64,000 nt of DNA from an uncultured Nitrososphaerota archaeon (GCA_963799845.1 CAWCYI010000006.1:800001-864000); one strand, 5' to 3'. Shown: positions 21,275-31,446, numbered from the stretch's first letter. Notes: generated by a model not told the origin, from the letters alone. Made by a program: numbers and translations.

Positions 21275-22270
21275 TTATACCATTAATCCTGTAACCTTGA
21301 GCGTAAAGTTAATGCTCGTTGTCTTACCGTTGCTCGTTGATGTGCCCACGAAATTCAAGTAAGTAACGATAGGCACGCTTGCTCCGGAAGGCGTCCCACT
21401 TGACATTGCGAATTTCGTGAGAGTTTCACTTCCACCGCAGTATGTGAATGAAACTGGATACGAACTGGCAACGTAATTCGTCACAGTTATCGAGACCGTC
21501 CCAATTGTCACGTCCGACGTTCCAGTGGACTGGAATTGAGAACTGCTGAATACTTGAAGCGATTGAGCATTCTCGATTTCTATAATGAATCCAGAAAATA
21601 GGCCGATTACTTCGTCGTACCCGAATGAAACCGGGATGCTCGTTCCATTTACTTCTATGAACAAGACTGTGCCGTTCGTTGCTATCGTAGCCGTTGTAGT
21701 TTCCGAAATGTTGATCGTCTTGTAGGTCAGGTTAACCACGATCTGCGAAGAACTCGAAGAGACTACGTTGTAAGATGCAGTGTAATTGATGGGAGTCGGG
21801 CCATTAGTCCCATTGTAGATGCCCGAGTAGGATATCGTCATTGCTGAGTAGGACGTAAGCAGAGGTATGAGGTTTGAAAGCTCGTTAGTAGTATTGGAAC
21901 AGGTCACGGTTTCCCCCGTACCAGTGACAGTGTTTGACGAGATTCCTGAGGATGAATTAGTTGTCGTAGATATGGCAGTTGATGTGGAAGTTGAGCTGCT
22001 GATTGTAGTTGAAACAATAGATGGACTCGAACTTGTTGAAGGAGTCGACGAAGTGGTCGTGCTCGAGGCAGACAGAGATGAAGAACCAGCTGAAGTAACC
22101 GAACTAGCCGGACTAGAGGAAGTTGAGGAAGCCGAAGATGAGGAAGTACCAGTTGTAGACGACTTGCTTGAGAGGGCAACATATGCAGTCGCCCCTGCCA
22201 CAGCAATTATCACGATCAAGACGATGGCTATTACCGCCGGTGCAATGGCGCTTCTGGTACGTATTATCAA
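21275..22270 (-). CDS. Secreted/membrane-anchored protein with Ser/Thr-rich linker
   Basis: N-terminal RSA/IAP class-III-like signal and hydrophobic helix, ~70-aa S/T tract, beta-rich C-terminal domain. Confidence 0.85.
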   Translation of the reverse strand: MIIRTRSAIAPAVIAIVLIVIIAVAGATAYVALSSKSSTTGTSSSSASSTSSSPASSVTSAGSSSLSASSTTTSSTPSTSSSPSIVSTTISSSTSTSTAISTTTNSSSGISSNTVTGTGETVTCSNTTNELSNLIPLLTSYSAMTISYSGIYNGTNGPTPINYTASYNVVSSSSSQIVVNLTYKTINISETTTATIATNGTVLFIEVNGTSIPVSFGYDEVIGLFSGFIIEIENAQSLQVFSSSQFQSTGTSDVTIGTVSITVTNYVASSYPVSFTYCGGSETLTKFAMSSGTPSGASVPIVTYLNFVGTSTSNGKTTSINFTLKVTGLMV

Positions 22271-22527
22271 GCCAAGTCTCGGGTGCTTTCGGAAAATCGG
22301 AATTTAATTTAATTCATAGTAGCATTCGGAACATTTCGATCTAGTTTGAACAATTTGAGAAACTTACAGAGAAGGTCAGTCAATTAGGCTTAGTTGAAAG
22401 TGATAATCGGGCGCGAACATTTCGGTGATTCGCAAGAAAGGGGAATTACTCAGGCCAGGAATCAATTTCAATAACGCCCTAATTTTCCTAGATTGGAATT
22501 TTGGCTCTCTACGGGTATGAGCGTCCC

Positions 22528-22893
22528 TTAGTCAGAATCTAGAACTGGGCGTAGAGTGTTTGCGATCTTAATGATTGCGAGCGCATTAAATCTCAACGTG
22601 TTCGCGCCCAGAGGTGTCAGACCGTATACTTTCTTTCTTTTACGATGTGCACCGTTCGCGTCCTGCGAAATGAATTTCGATCTTTCCAGATTTCTAAGAT
22701 GCGGGTAGAGGGTTCCAAAACTGACCATAATCCCAAACTCTGTTGACAATTCTTTCCTTAGCTCGTATCCCCCCATCGGTCTGGACCAAAGCTGAGAAAG
22801 AAGCAGGATGTCAAGTAGGTCTGCCACTTTGTTTTGGTCACGAGAAGTTGAACCAGGAGTCTGACCCTTCGGATCATCCTGCAGCAGTGTCAA
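22528..22893 (-). CDS. PadR-family transcriptional regulator
   Basis: RPMGGYEL...SFGTLYPHLRNLE...RKKVYGLTPLG. Confidence 0.92.
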   Translation of the reverse strand: MTLLQDDPKGQTPGSTSRDQNKVADLLDILLLSQLWSRPMGGYELRKELSTEFGIMVSFGTLYPHLRNLERSKFISQDANGAHRKRKKVYGLTPLGANTLRFNALAIIKIANTLRPVLDSD

Positions 22894-23033
22894 ATCTGTC
22901 TTGAATTAGCAAACTCGAATTAAGATAGTTGTGAAACAATGATTCTGATCAGAGCTTCTTGTCCGCTTCTATAGCGGGATCCGATATACTAAACGCTTGC
23001 GTACTATTGCACTGAAGAGCCGGGTTTGCTTCC

Positions 23034-23339
23034 CTAGTTTTTAGGCTCGTTCTCGGTCGGACCGACGATGGATGCCAACCCAAATCTGGGGCCCAAACTA
23101 TCTATCCTGATCCTCACCTTGTCTCCGATCTTCGAGCCTCTAACGAACACGATAAATCCTTTGACTTTCGCTAAGCCGTCACCCTTTTTCGAAAGTTCGA
23201 GAATTTCGACACTGTATTCCTTGCCAACTTCAATTGGAGGGGGCGGAGTGAATCCGGGACCGTTGCTATACCTAGAATCGTTGGACCGCGGCCTCCCGCC
23301 GTGCCTTTCTTCGTTTCCTCTACGATCTCGCCGACTCAA
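23034..23339 (-). CDS. Single TRAM-domain RNA-binding protein
   Basis: PPIEVGKEYSVEILELSKKGDGLAKVKGFIVFVRGSKIGDKVRIRI. Confidence 0.92.
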   Translation of the reverse strand: MSRRDRRGNEERHGGRPRSNDSRYSNGPGFTPPPPIEVGKEYSVEILELSKKGDGLAKVKGFIVFVRGSKIGDKVRIRIDSLGPRFGLASIVGPTENEPKN

Positions 23340-23471
23340 TTTCTCAAAAAAACCTTAGAGCCAGCTTTCCGATTGCCCCTTTAAGTGATTGTCCCGCTTT
23401 TGCGAGGCTGCCGGTACCTGGGCAGTATTTCGAAGGACAATGCCTAATAGCGTGAACGACTGCTTTTATCT

Positions 23472-23621
23472 GTGAGCTCTATCAATTCTTTAGGCCAAGC
23501 CGAGGTTTGCACAAAACACGGCATCAGGTTCCGAGCCGACGAACACGGGAATTTGCGTTGCCCGGTCTGTGAACAGATTTCCCTTCAACAGTCCTTGCGC
23601 AGAGGACGCCGAAGGCGTTAG
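23472..23621 (+). CDS. 49-aa zinc-knuckle microprotein (CxxH-x13-CPxC) with Arg-rich tail; not in the ORF track
   Basis: GTG start; MSSINSLGQAEVCTKHGIRFRADEHGNLRCPVCEQISLQQSLRRGRRRR*; paralog of 2851-2994. Start codon uncertain. Confidence 0.82.
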   Translation: MSSINSLGQAEVCTKHGIRFRADEHGNLRCPVCEQISLQQSLRRGRRRR

Positions 23622-23660
23622 CACGTTTACAATAACACGTGGAAGTCATGTGATGGCATT

Positions 23661-24626
23661 ATGAGCGGTCTGATCAAGATTGCGCAAAGGGATCTTACAC
23701 TTTACGACGGAAACCGCGCCCGCTGCCCAAGATGCGCCAAGGGTCCTATGGTGACCGATTCTTCAGGATCCGAGCTCTTTTGCAGCAACTGCGGGTTCGT
23801 TCTAAAGGATCAGATCGTCGATACCGGACGAGAGTGGAGGGCTTTCTCAAGTGAGGAGGCAAGTCAGCGCGCCCATTCGGGGCCACCCTCCAGCCTTGCT
23901 ATCCATGACATGGGTCTGTCTACCATTATTGGATTTGAGAATAAGGACGCGCACGGCAATTTTCTTCCAACCGCGATGAGGACGACAATTGAAAGGCTAC
24001 GCACTTGGGACGGAAGATCACAAGTACATGCGACCGCAGACAGGAATAGACGCCAAGCGTTCAGCCAGCTCAACCTGCTCGTCGACAAATTGAACGTCAA
24101 TTCACTGGTTGTCGAAAAAGCTGCTTACATTTACAGGCGGGCTCTCGACAGAGGAATGATAAGGGGGAGGTCGATCTCTGGCATGATTGCAGCAGCTCTC
24201 TATGCGGCTTGTCGAGATACGGAAACTCCGCGCACTCTGAAGGACCTTTCGCTGATCAGCAACATCAAGAAAAAGGAGCTCGCACGGTGCTATCGACTGC
24301 TTTTCAACGAACTCGATCTAAGAGTGCCTGTTGCCGACCCGATAAAGTGCATCGCAAGGATCGCAAGCAAAGCGGGAATCCACGAAAAGACAAAACGCAA
24401 GGCACTGGAGATACTCAGGCACACGATCGAAACCAATGATTCTGCTGGCAAGGATCCGATGGGACTCGCGGCTTCAGCTCTGTATATTGCTTGCATTATG
24501 GAGAACGAGAATATTACTCAGAAGGACATCGCCGAAGCTGCAGGTGTTACCGAAGTTACCATAAGGAACAGGTACAAGGGACTCAAAGCTGCGATAATGG
24601 CTGAAAATTCGGCGAAGGCAATTTAG
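23661..24626 (+). CDS. tfb: Transcription initiation factor IIB
   Basis: Zinc ribbon CPRC..CSNCG, EWRAF, HDMGLST and cyclin repeats (RGRSI, GKDPMGLAA, GVTEVTIRNRYK). Confidence 0.97.
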   Translation: MSGLIKIAQRDLTLYDGNRARCPRCAKGPMVTDSSGSELFCSNCGFVLKDQIVDTGREWRAFSSEEASQRAHSGPPSSLAIHDMGLSTIIGFENKDAHGNFLPTAMRTTIERLRTWDGRSQVHATADRNRRQAFSQLNLLVDKLNVNSLVVEKAAYIYRRALDRGMIRGRSISGMIAAALYAACRDTETPRTLKDLSLISNIKKKELARCYRLLFNELDLRVPVADPIKCIARIASKAGIHEKTKRKALEILRHTIETNDSAGKDPMGLAASALYIACIMENENITQKDIAEAAGVTEVTIRNRYKGLKAAIMAENSAKAI

Positions 24627-24653
24627 CGATAGCCAATCCGTACGAAGCCTAAC

Positions 24654-25070
24654 TTACATCATCGCTTGGGCGCGCGACATCAAGGCACCGTTCAGGATCA
24701 TAAGAGCCCCAACCGCAAGCATTCCAGCACTCGAAAGAAATGCTCCTTCCATCATTGGGGCAATTCCTGAATACATGGATCCCCCGATCAGCAGCATCAT
24801 CACGCCGTAAACTATCATCAGAGTTCCGAAAAGACCCATCCTAGTCTTTCCTATTGAAGATACGCTTGCAATTGCGGTAATTATCAAAACTGCTCCAAGC
24901 ACTGAAACTCCTATTCCCCATGCGAGCGCAGAAGAATTGTGCACGGTCATAATCACTCCCATGTCGTTTGATGTAGTCGTCGATTGTGCGAGAAATAAAT
25001 AGCCGGAGGTAAAGTCGACAAGAGCGCCGGCAAAACAAAGAATTAATCCGGCTAGTGTTGTCTGGTTCAA
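24654..25070 (-). CDS. Hypothetical 4-TM membrane protein
   Basis: Four hydrophobic helices. Confidence 0.7.
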   Translation of the reverse strand: MNQTTLAGLILCFAGALVDFTSGYLFLAQSTTTSNDMGVIMTVHNSSALAWGIGVSVLGAVLIITAIASVSSIGKTRMGLFGTLMIVYGVMMLLIGGSMYSGIAPMMEGAFLSSAGMLAVGALMILNGALMSRAQAMM

Positions 25071-25227
25071 ATTAGATTACCTGTTAGAACCTGAACGAAT
25101 AGAGTCTGGAACCATCAATATTCTTTGTGTAGTTAATACTCTAGGCAAGAAAACCGTTGGATTGAATCGAGATTTATCAAAACAAACGCTTTAAGCGCAA
25201 TTTGAATTCTGACTTGCCAGATTTTCT

Positions 25228-26193
25228 TTGGAGTATGTTCGGCTCGGATCTGCCGGGGTAAAGGTATCGCGAATCTGTCTGGGAACGATGTCATTCGGTA
25301 ACTCTGCTGAATGGATGATTGAAATCGAAGCGGCAAAACCAATCGTGAAGCGGGCGCTCGATCTCGGGATCAACTTCTTTGATACAGCCGATGTCTACTC
25401 GGGTGGCAGATCTGAAGAGATCGTGGGTGAATTGTTGAAGGGGGTTCGAGACGAAGTAGTCTTGGCGACAAAGGTCAGGTCGAAGGTCGGACCCGGGGTA
25501 AATGATTCCGGTCTATCACGACTTCACATAATGATGGAAACAGACAGGTCATTGAAGAGGCTCCAGACCGACAGAATCGATCTCTACCAGATCCACCGAT
25601 GGGATTATGATACGCCGATAGAGGAAACTCTAATCGCCTTGGATGATCTCGTAAGCGCGGGCAAGGTCAGATATATCGGGGCGTCGAGCATGTTCGCCTG
25701 GCAGTTTGCAAAGGCCCTCTATACGAGTGATCTGCTCAAGATATCCAGATTCGTTTCCATGCAAAACCACTACAATCTAGCCTACAGGGAAGAGGAACGG
25801 GAAATGATGCCTCTTTGCAAGGATCAGAATATCGGGACAATTCCATTCAGCCCTCTTGCAAGAGGATTCCTTAGCGGGAAATACAGACGCGGTGATTCTC
25901 CAAACACCCCTAGATCGAGATCGGATCAATTATTGCCGGAACGATTCTTCAAGCCGGAGGATTTCGATGTCGCCGAAAGATTGCAGGAAATCGCGAAGGA
26001 AAAGGGAGTAACTCCCTCGCAGTTGGCACTCGCTTGGCTTCTCCACAGAGGAGTCACTTCTCCGATAATAGGTGAGACGAAGATTCAACATATAGAAGAA
26101 GCTGTTTCAGCCGTGGAATTGAAGCTTTCAAACGATGATATGAAGAGGCTCGAGGAACCGTACAAGCTACATCCAATTTTAGGACATAGTTGA
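25228..26193 (+). CDS. Aldo/keto reductase
   Basis: CLGTMSFG, FFDTADVYS, LATK, DLYQIHR, GKVRYIGAS, SPLARG. Confidence 0.95.
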   Translation: MEYVRLGSAGVKVSRICLGTMSFGNSAEWMIEIEAAKPIVKRALDLGINFFDTADVYSGGRSEEIVGELLKGVRDEVVLATKVRSKVGPGVNDSGLSRLHIMMETDRSLKRLQTDRIDLYQIHRWDYDTPIEETLIALDDLVSAGKVRYIGASSMFAWQFAKALYTSDLLKISRFVSMQNHYNLAYREEEREMMPLCKDQNIGTIPFSPLARGFLSGKYRRGDSPNTPRSRSDQLLPERFFKPEDFDVAERLQEIAKEKGVTPSQLALAWLLHRGVTSPIIGETKIQHIEEAVSAVELKLSNDDMKRLEEPYKLHPILGHS

Positions 26194-26239
26194 GAAAGGC
26201 AAACTCGTACGATCGATCCGGTTCTCGTGAGAATTCTCG

Positions 26240-26266
26240 GTTTTGAAATTCATAAAATTTCAAAAC
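26240..26266. promoter_or_regulatory. Perfect 11-bp inverted repeat (operator or terminator candidate)
   Basis: GTTTTGAAATT-cataa-AATTTCAAAAC downstream of the AKR gene. Confidence 0.45.
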
Positions 26267-26628
26267 TTAGTTTTTCCGAATGATCCATTGATTGACTGAA
26301 GTTCCTTCTCGGTCTCTCCAAAAGAGCTTGGGAAAGCGAAAAAAGGCGATTCCAACGAAGTTGGCTAGTTACACGAATAGTTGCGATCCTCTTCTCTCAG
26401 GATTATCAAGATTCGAACAGGTAGGCATATCAGAATTCGAATGCCAATTTTCCTGACTTGAAAATCGATAAAATCATCGGGAAGAAACCAGAAAACTCCA
26501 TACACGGCTAAACTTCGAGTAAGAGTGTCTTATTGCCGTAATCACTAAAGGACGAGAGGCTCAGCATGGAATTGTGAAAAATCTCCTAAATTGGTGCAGA
26601 TGAATACTGAGAACGCGTGTAAAATTTC

Positions 26629-27618
26629 ATGCCAATGGTCGCGACGCCGAAGTCATTAGATGTAATCGGCAAAGTTGAACAGCTCTCTGAAAAAAGGAGA
26701 GACCTCTTACGGCAAACCTTGACTTTGAACCATTGGGAGTCTTATTTCGCCTTCGTTCCATGCCGAAAAACAGACCGTGCCACTCCTTCTAGGGAAATTG
26801 AACTGCTCGAATTTGAGTTAAACACTTCACGAAAACGAACCCAAGTGCCCCTCCAAGAAGACCTGATGCAAAGTAGGAGACTGAAAGAGTTGGCAGACGT
26901 CATGAGCTTGCACTCATTTCAGTCTGGTACCAATTTCACAACTTGTGATATCAGTCAGAAACCGCTTGATCATGCTGTTCAAAAAGATATGCGAAATGTG
27001 GATCTTATTCCCACGATTCAAAATTCGATGCGACTGGTAAAGGGAGAGATGTCTGGCACCAAGAAAATAATTTATGATTTTAGACTCATCTCGCCACCGG
27101 TTGAAACAACGCCGTCAAATATTGGTGAACTAAAAACATCGACTGATGAATATCGCTTCCTCCAGGAGAAGAGTCGTCAAAAAATTCGTCTAATGAATCC
27201 GCAGGTCCTTGCGGATAACCTGCTAGAAGACATTTTCGTAATCATCTATTCTGACGCAGCCCAGTGCACCAGTGCTAGTGAAGTTTTTGTCAGCACATCT
27301 ATAGAGCAATTAGGCGGTTACTGGAAGATTTCGATAACCGACAAATCAAAGGGTGTACCATCCGAGCAGCACGCAAATCAGATAGCAAAGAGTAAGCCCG
27401 GGGCGATTGGAATATCGATCTTGCGCTCGCTGATTGAGGATCGCTACCACGGACATATGAACGTCAAATATAGGGTTCCATCCACGACTTTCGAGTTGTG
27501 GCTTCCAAAAATTCCATCACAACTCGAAAAACGCGCAGCTGCTAAACGTCCACAGATCAAGGAAAGCGCCGGTGTTACTTCCCTACGAAGCAAGTACAGG
27601 GTTGCGGCAACCAGCTAG
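26629..27618 (+). CDS. Protein with a degenerate C-terminal histidine-kinase-like ATPase (HATPase_c) domain
   Basis: ADNLLEDIF..IYSDAA (N-box-like), ISITDKSKGVP (G1-like), GIGISILRSLIE-like segment, TTFELWLPK; no H-box visible. Confidence 0.65.
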   Translation: MPMVATPKSLDVIGKVEQLSEKRRDLLRQTLTLNHWESYFAFVPCRKTDRATPSREIELLEFELNTSRKRTQVPLQEDLMQSRRLKELADVMSLHSFQSGTNFTTCDISQKPLDHAVQKDMRNVDLIPTIQNSMRLVKGEMSGTKKIIYDFRLISPPVETTPSNIGELKTSTDEYRFLQEKSRQKIRLMNPQVLADNLLEDIFVIIYSDAAQCTSASEVFVSTSIEQLGGYWKISITDKSKGVPSEQHANQIAKSKPGAIGISILRSLIEDRYHGHMNVKYRVPSTTFELWLPKIPSQLEKRAAAKRPQIKESAGVTSLRSKYRVAATS

Positions 27619-27816
27619 ATACTAATTCCATCCGTTTGGCATTCTTTGAAACGAGCAGTCGTCCAATGAAGCGCTCGCAAAATACGCTGAAGAGAATAAT
27701 CACCATAATCACGATTTTGATCGAGTGAAAGGAATCAAGAAGATCGCTCTCAGAGCACATTATCCGAATTGCCTTTTAGGGTAGATGCGTAGAGCTAGAT
27801 CGAGCCGATTCTCCCG

Positions 27817-28149
27817 ATGCCAGCACTGATGGATCTCTCCCTGCTTCAGATCGGAAGTACTGAAGCGATCGCAATTGCAGTGCTAATCATTCTGGTCGTG
27901 GTAATCGTCGTATGGGGTATCTGGTCAGTCGTATGGGCACTCAAGAAGAAGCCAGTGACCGGGCCGGAAGCGCTCATCGGAAAAAGCGGAGTCGCAGTCC
28001 AGGATTTCAAGCCCGATAATACGGGAGAGGTAACGATTGATGGAATCATATGGAAGGCGAGGGTCTCCGACGGCTCGAAGACATCAAAGGGAGATTCGGT
28101 GACGGTGGTCGGATATTCTGAGCTTACTGTTTATGTGAAAAAAGTATAG
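27817..28149 (+). CDS. NfeD-family C-terminal OB-fold protein
   Basis: TM helix, then KPVTGPEALIGKSG...GEVTIDGIIWKA...GDSVTVVG. Confidence 0.88.
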   Translation: MPALMDLSLLQIGSTEAIAIAVLIILVVVIVVWGIWSVVWALKKKPVTGPEALIGKSGVAVQDFKPDNTGEVTIDGIIWKARVSDGSKTSKGDSVTVVGYSELTVYVKKV

Positions 28150-28287
28150 CTCAGCAAAGCATTTGACCCAATCCCTTCGTGTCCTGGCATCCATCGTTCG
28201 CGCCGCTAGATTCCAATGCTAATCGGAATCTTCTAGCATCGTACAATGCAAATCTTATCTATGTGCGCATACCCATACACATACACG

Positions 28288-28521
28288 ATGGCCACGAAGA
28301 ACATCTCTATAACCGAGGAAGCTTACGAGGCGCTCCAACGACAGAGAAGAAACAACGAGAGCTTCACCCAAATAATATTACGACTCACGCAGAGTAGAGG
28401 CAAGATCTCGGATTTGTACGGTGCTTGGAAAATGACGGACGAGGAAGAATCTAGAATAGTCGGGGAGCTTTCGAAAGGATGGAAACGAGCAAGGAAGCGG
28501 ATAACAAATGAAGTGCGTTGA
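28288..28521 (+). CDS. vapB: VapB-type antitoxin (DUF217-like)
   Basis: MATKNISITEEAYEAL...ESFTQIILRL; overlaps vapC. Confidence 0.88.
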   Translation: MATKNISITEEAYEALQRQRRNNESFTQIILRLTQSRGKISDLYGAWKMTDEEESRIVGELSKGWKRARKRITNEVR

Positions 28522-28900
28522 CACCGACCTGTTGATCGGTGTGCTTAGGGGGAAAGGAGACGCAGAAAAGAAGATGCGAGAGCTAGACGAAGAAGGGAGG
28601 CAGGCTACGACATCTGTCAACGCTTTCGAGCTTTTCTTTGGAGCCTGTAAATCTCGCGAAAAGGGCATCAATGTACAGGCAACGATGAGCCTGCTCGATC
28701 GATTCGACGTTCTTTCGTTGGACCTGGAATCTTCTCAGAAGGCTGGGGAAGTCCTGGCCGCTTTAGCCGCCGCCGGTGAAGTGATTGATTTTAGGGATGC
28801 TCTGATCGGAGGGATTGCCTTGGTCAATAGTTTGTCGCTCGTTACTCGAAACAAAGAGCATTTCGCACGAGTTAATGGGCTCAAACTGGAACAGTGGTAG
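28508..28900 (+). CDS. vapC: VapC PIN-domain toxin
   Basis: VDTDLLI, FEL, RDALIGGIA, LVTRNKEHF. Confidence 0.93.
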   Translation: MKCVDTDLLIGVLRGKGDAEKKMRELDEEGRQATTSVNAFELFFGACKSREKGINVQATMSLLDRFDVLSLDLESSQKAGEVLAALAAAGEVIDFRDALIGGIALVNSLSLVTRNKEHFARVNGLKLEQW

Positions 28901-29017
28901 GCGGACATTACTTCTGGTCAGTAGGCAATGAGATTTGTTTGATGCGCACAGCGGGGCCGACTGCTGTTAAAGCCCTTATTATGACCACATTTAGTATTCG
29001 ATTTCTAGTCATCATAT

Positions 29018-30247
29018 TTGCAGAAGCCGAAGAGTGATTCAACAAGGAGTCTTCTCGGCACCTCTATCGGTCATTTCTTGAACGATGGAGCAAACAATCT
29101 CTTCCCGGTCGTTTACCCGGTCCTGCTCAGCTCCTATCACGTGTCGCTACAGGTCATAGGAGTGCTCGCTGCGCTTTACAGCATCTCCTCTATGGTTTCA
29201 AGCCCGTTCATCGGAAGGAGGTCCGATTACAACCGGAGTTATCTCCGATTGATCCCGCTCGGACTCATCGTCATCGCGTTCGGAATCCTGGGATTTGCAC
29301 TCTCGATTGCATTTTTCCCCGGGAATCTCCTGTATTTTGGACTGGTCTTGTTCACGCTCGTTGCTGGTTTCGGGAGTTCGTTTTACCATCCGCTGGCTGC
29401 GGCCATTCTTAATGAAACGTGGTCGTTGGATAGCAGGGGACGCGCAATGGGGATCAACGGGTCGATGGGGGGTGTGGGAACGCTCGTTTTCCCAATCATT
29501 ACGGTCGGCTTGATCGTCCTGTACGGAGTGAAATCATTGAGCCTGATTGCGATCGCGTTCATCCTAGTTGCAATCGTGATCTACTCGATAATGCGGAGGA
29601 TGACCGTGGCTCCCGATTATGAGAAGAGGATGGAAGCCACCGAGAAGAGGATATCTTCGAGCGTACCACTTCGAGTTGTTTTGCCTTCAATACTTGCGCT
29701 TACCCTTGCAGGTTTTTTCAGGAGCACGATGACACAAGGGGTGATCAATTTTCTGCCGACCTATCTTACGACCGTGAGCAAGATTCAATATCAGTACGTC
29801 GGTTCCGTGCAGGTCGCCTATTCTTTTTTTGCGATAGTCGGTCAGCCGCTGTTCGGCTCGCTTGCGGACCGTTTCGGCCGCCGGCCGATGATAGGAGTTA
29901 CTTGCCTTGGTTGCGTTGGCGCAGTGCTCTTGCTCTCTTTCAGCTCTACCAATTTTTGGCTGACTGAAGTGAGCCTCGGACTGTTAGGGCTTTTTTCTTA
30001 CACCAGCTTTCCTCTGTTTTTGGGTCTCACCGGTCTGATTGCGCCCAAGGGCGGTGTTACTCTGGCTAATTCTTTTGTGTGGGGGTTTGGCATGATAGGC
30101 GGCGGGATCCTGGGTCCCATTTTAGTGGGTGTTCTTTCGGGCCCGTCCTTTCTTGGATCTTTGCATTTATCTTTCCTTCTTCTCGCTGGAGTCGGTGCAA
30201 TTTCGCTCGCCTTCTTGCCGTTCATTCCAAAGCCGAGAAAGACATAG
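29018..30247 (+). CDS. MFS transporter (FsR-like)
   Basis: HFLND, GSSFYHP, RGRAMGING, GSLADRFGRR; 12 TM. Confidence 0.92.
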   Translation: MQKPKSDSTRSLLGTSIGHFLNDGANNLFPVVYPVLLSSYHVSLQVIGVLAALYSISSMVSSPFIGRRSDYNRSYLRLIPLGLIVIAFGILGFALSIAFFPGNLLYFGLVLFTLVAGFGSSFYHPLAAAILNETWSLDSRGRAMGINGSMGGVGTLVFPIITVGLIVLYGVKSLSLIAIAFILVAIVIYSIMRRMTVAPDYEKRMEATEKRISSSVPLRVVLPSILALTLAGFFRSTMTQGVINFLPTYLTTVSKIQYQYVGSVQVAYSFFAIVGQPLFGSLADRFGRRPMIGVTCLGCVGAVLLLSFSSTNFWLTEVSLGLLGLFSYTSFPLFLGLTGLIAPKGGVTLANSFVWGFGMIGGGILGPILVGVLSGPSFLGSLHLSFLLLAGVGAISLAFLPFIPKPRKT

Positions 30248-30366
30248 CTCATTTGCTTTCACAGATCAGCCATCTCTATCGAATTCTGTACCAGTTAATG
30301 GAGATGAATTTTCTCCCCCGTATTTCCAAACTCATTTATTAGGAAGGGTGGACACGATGGTTCGAT

Positions 30367-31446
30367 TTGAAATCCAGAGCCAGTACGAGTACATCAACAC
30401 TTAGCGATCTTGAAGCGAAGGTGGCGAAAAAGATAATCTCCGAGTCTCTCCGCCTGAAGAAAGGTGAATCCGTCACGGTTGAAACGTGGAACAATGGGTT
30501 TGACCTTGCCCGGAGGTTTGTAATCGAGGCAAGGAAGGTCGGCGCTCATCCTATCATGTTATTCGAGGACGAAGACGCCTATGTGGAGAGCGTAAAGAAT
30601 ACTCCCAAGGATTCGATCGGAAAAATGGGGAGGCACGAATACGAACTTCTTTCAGCTACTGATGCTTACTTCTTCATCCCAAATGAACTCCTTGAAGGCT
30701 ACACCAAGAGGCTCACCCCAGCGGAAGTAGACCAATCTACTGGTTACGGCACATCCTGGTACGAGGCGGCAGAGAAGGCAAAGCTCAGAGGCGCTAGGAT
30801 GAGTTTCGGATTCGCTGGAAAGGAGCTGGCAAAGATGCTCGGGAAGGGACTCGATGACGTGGTGACTCATCAACTGAAAGCTACCCTTGTTGATTTTGAT
30901 TCTCTAAAGAAGACAGGGAAGGAGCTCGAATCGCATTTGCCCAACAACGGTGCTGGTGTACTCACCTCCGGCGGCTCGAAGTTAGAGTTCGAATTTGATG
31001 ATGGGATAAGGATTGAAGATGGGATTGTAGACGAGGATGATATTTCACAGGGACATAACGTAGCCTACTTGCCTCCAGGAATGCTGACAAAGAGTCTGAA
31101 AGTCGATTCAGTGAACGGCAACGTAAAGCTCTCGCCGACGCTGACGTGGCTTGGGGTCGTAAACGACGTCGTTCTTGAATTTGAGAAAGGCAGACTAGTC
31201 AAATGGAGTAGCAAGTCCTCGAAGGAGAGGCTGGATTCTTTGATTAACGATCAACCGGAAAGCAAGAGGAAGATCAGCGAAGTGGTGATAGGACTTAACC
31301 CTCTGGTGCGTTACGGCTATGGCCAGGATAGATTCGTAGCCGGGTCTTTAGGCATCGGCGGTTTGGAATTCACCGGGATGGTAAAGAATGGCACCCTTCG
31401 GGCAGATCAGACAATTCTGGTTGATAAGGGGAAGCTCTTGCATTAA
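30367..31446 (+). CDS. M29 aminopeptidase-like protein, probably lacking metal ligands
   Basis: SLRLKKGESVTV N-terminus, LEFEKGRLV, ISEVVIGLNP; the usual NxPxGE and DEK...H motifs appear as YLPPGM and QDRFVAGSL. Confidence 0.7.
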   Translation: MKSRASTSTSTLSDLEAKVAKKIISESLRLKKGESVTVETWNNGFDLARRFVIEARKVGAHPIMLFEDEDAYVESVKNTPKDSIGKMGRHEYELLSATDAYFFIPNELLEGYTKRLTPAEVDQSTGYGTSWYEAAEKAKLRGARMSFGFAGKELAKMLGKGLDDVVTHQLKATLVDFDSLKKTGKELESHLPNNGAGVLTSGGSKLEFEFDDGIRIEDGIVDEDDISQGHNVAYLPPGMLTKSLKVDSVNGNVKLSPTLTWLGVVNDVVLEFEKGRLVKWSSKSSKERLDSLINDQPESKRKISEVVIGLNPLVRYGYGQDRFVAGSLGIGGLEFTGMVKNGTLRADQTILVDKGKLLH

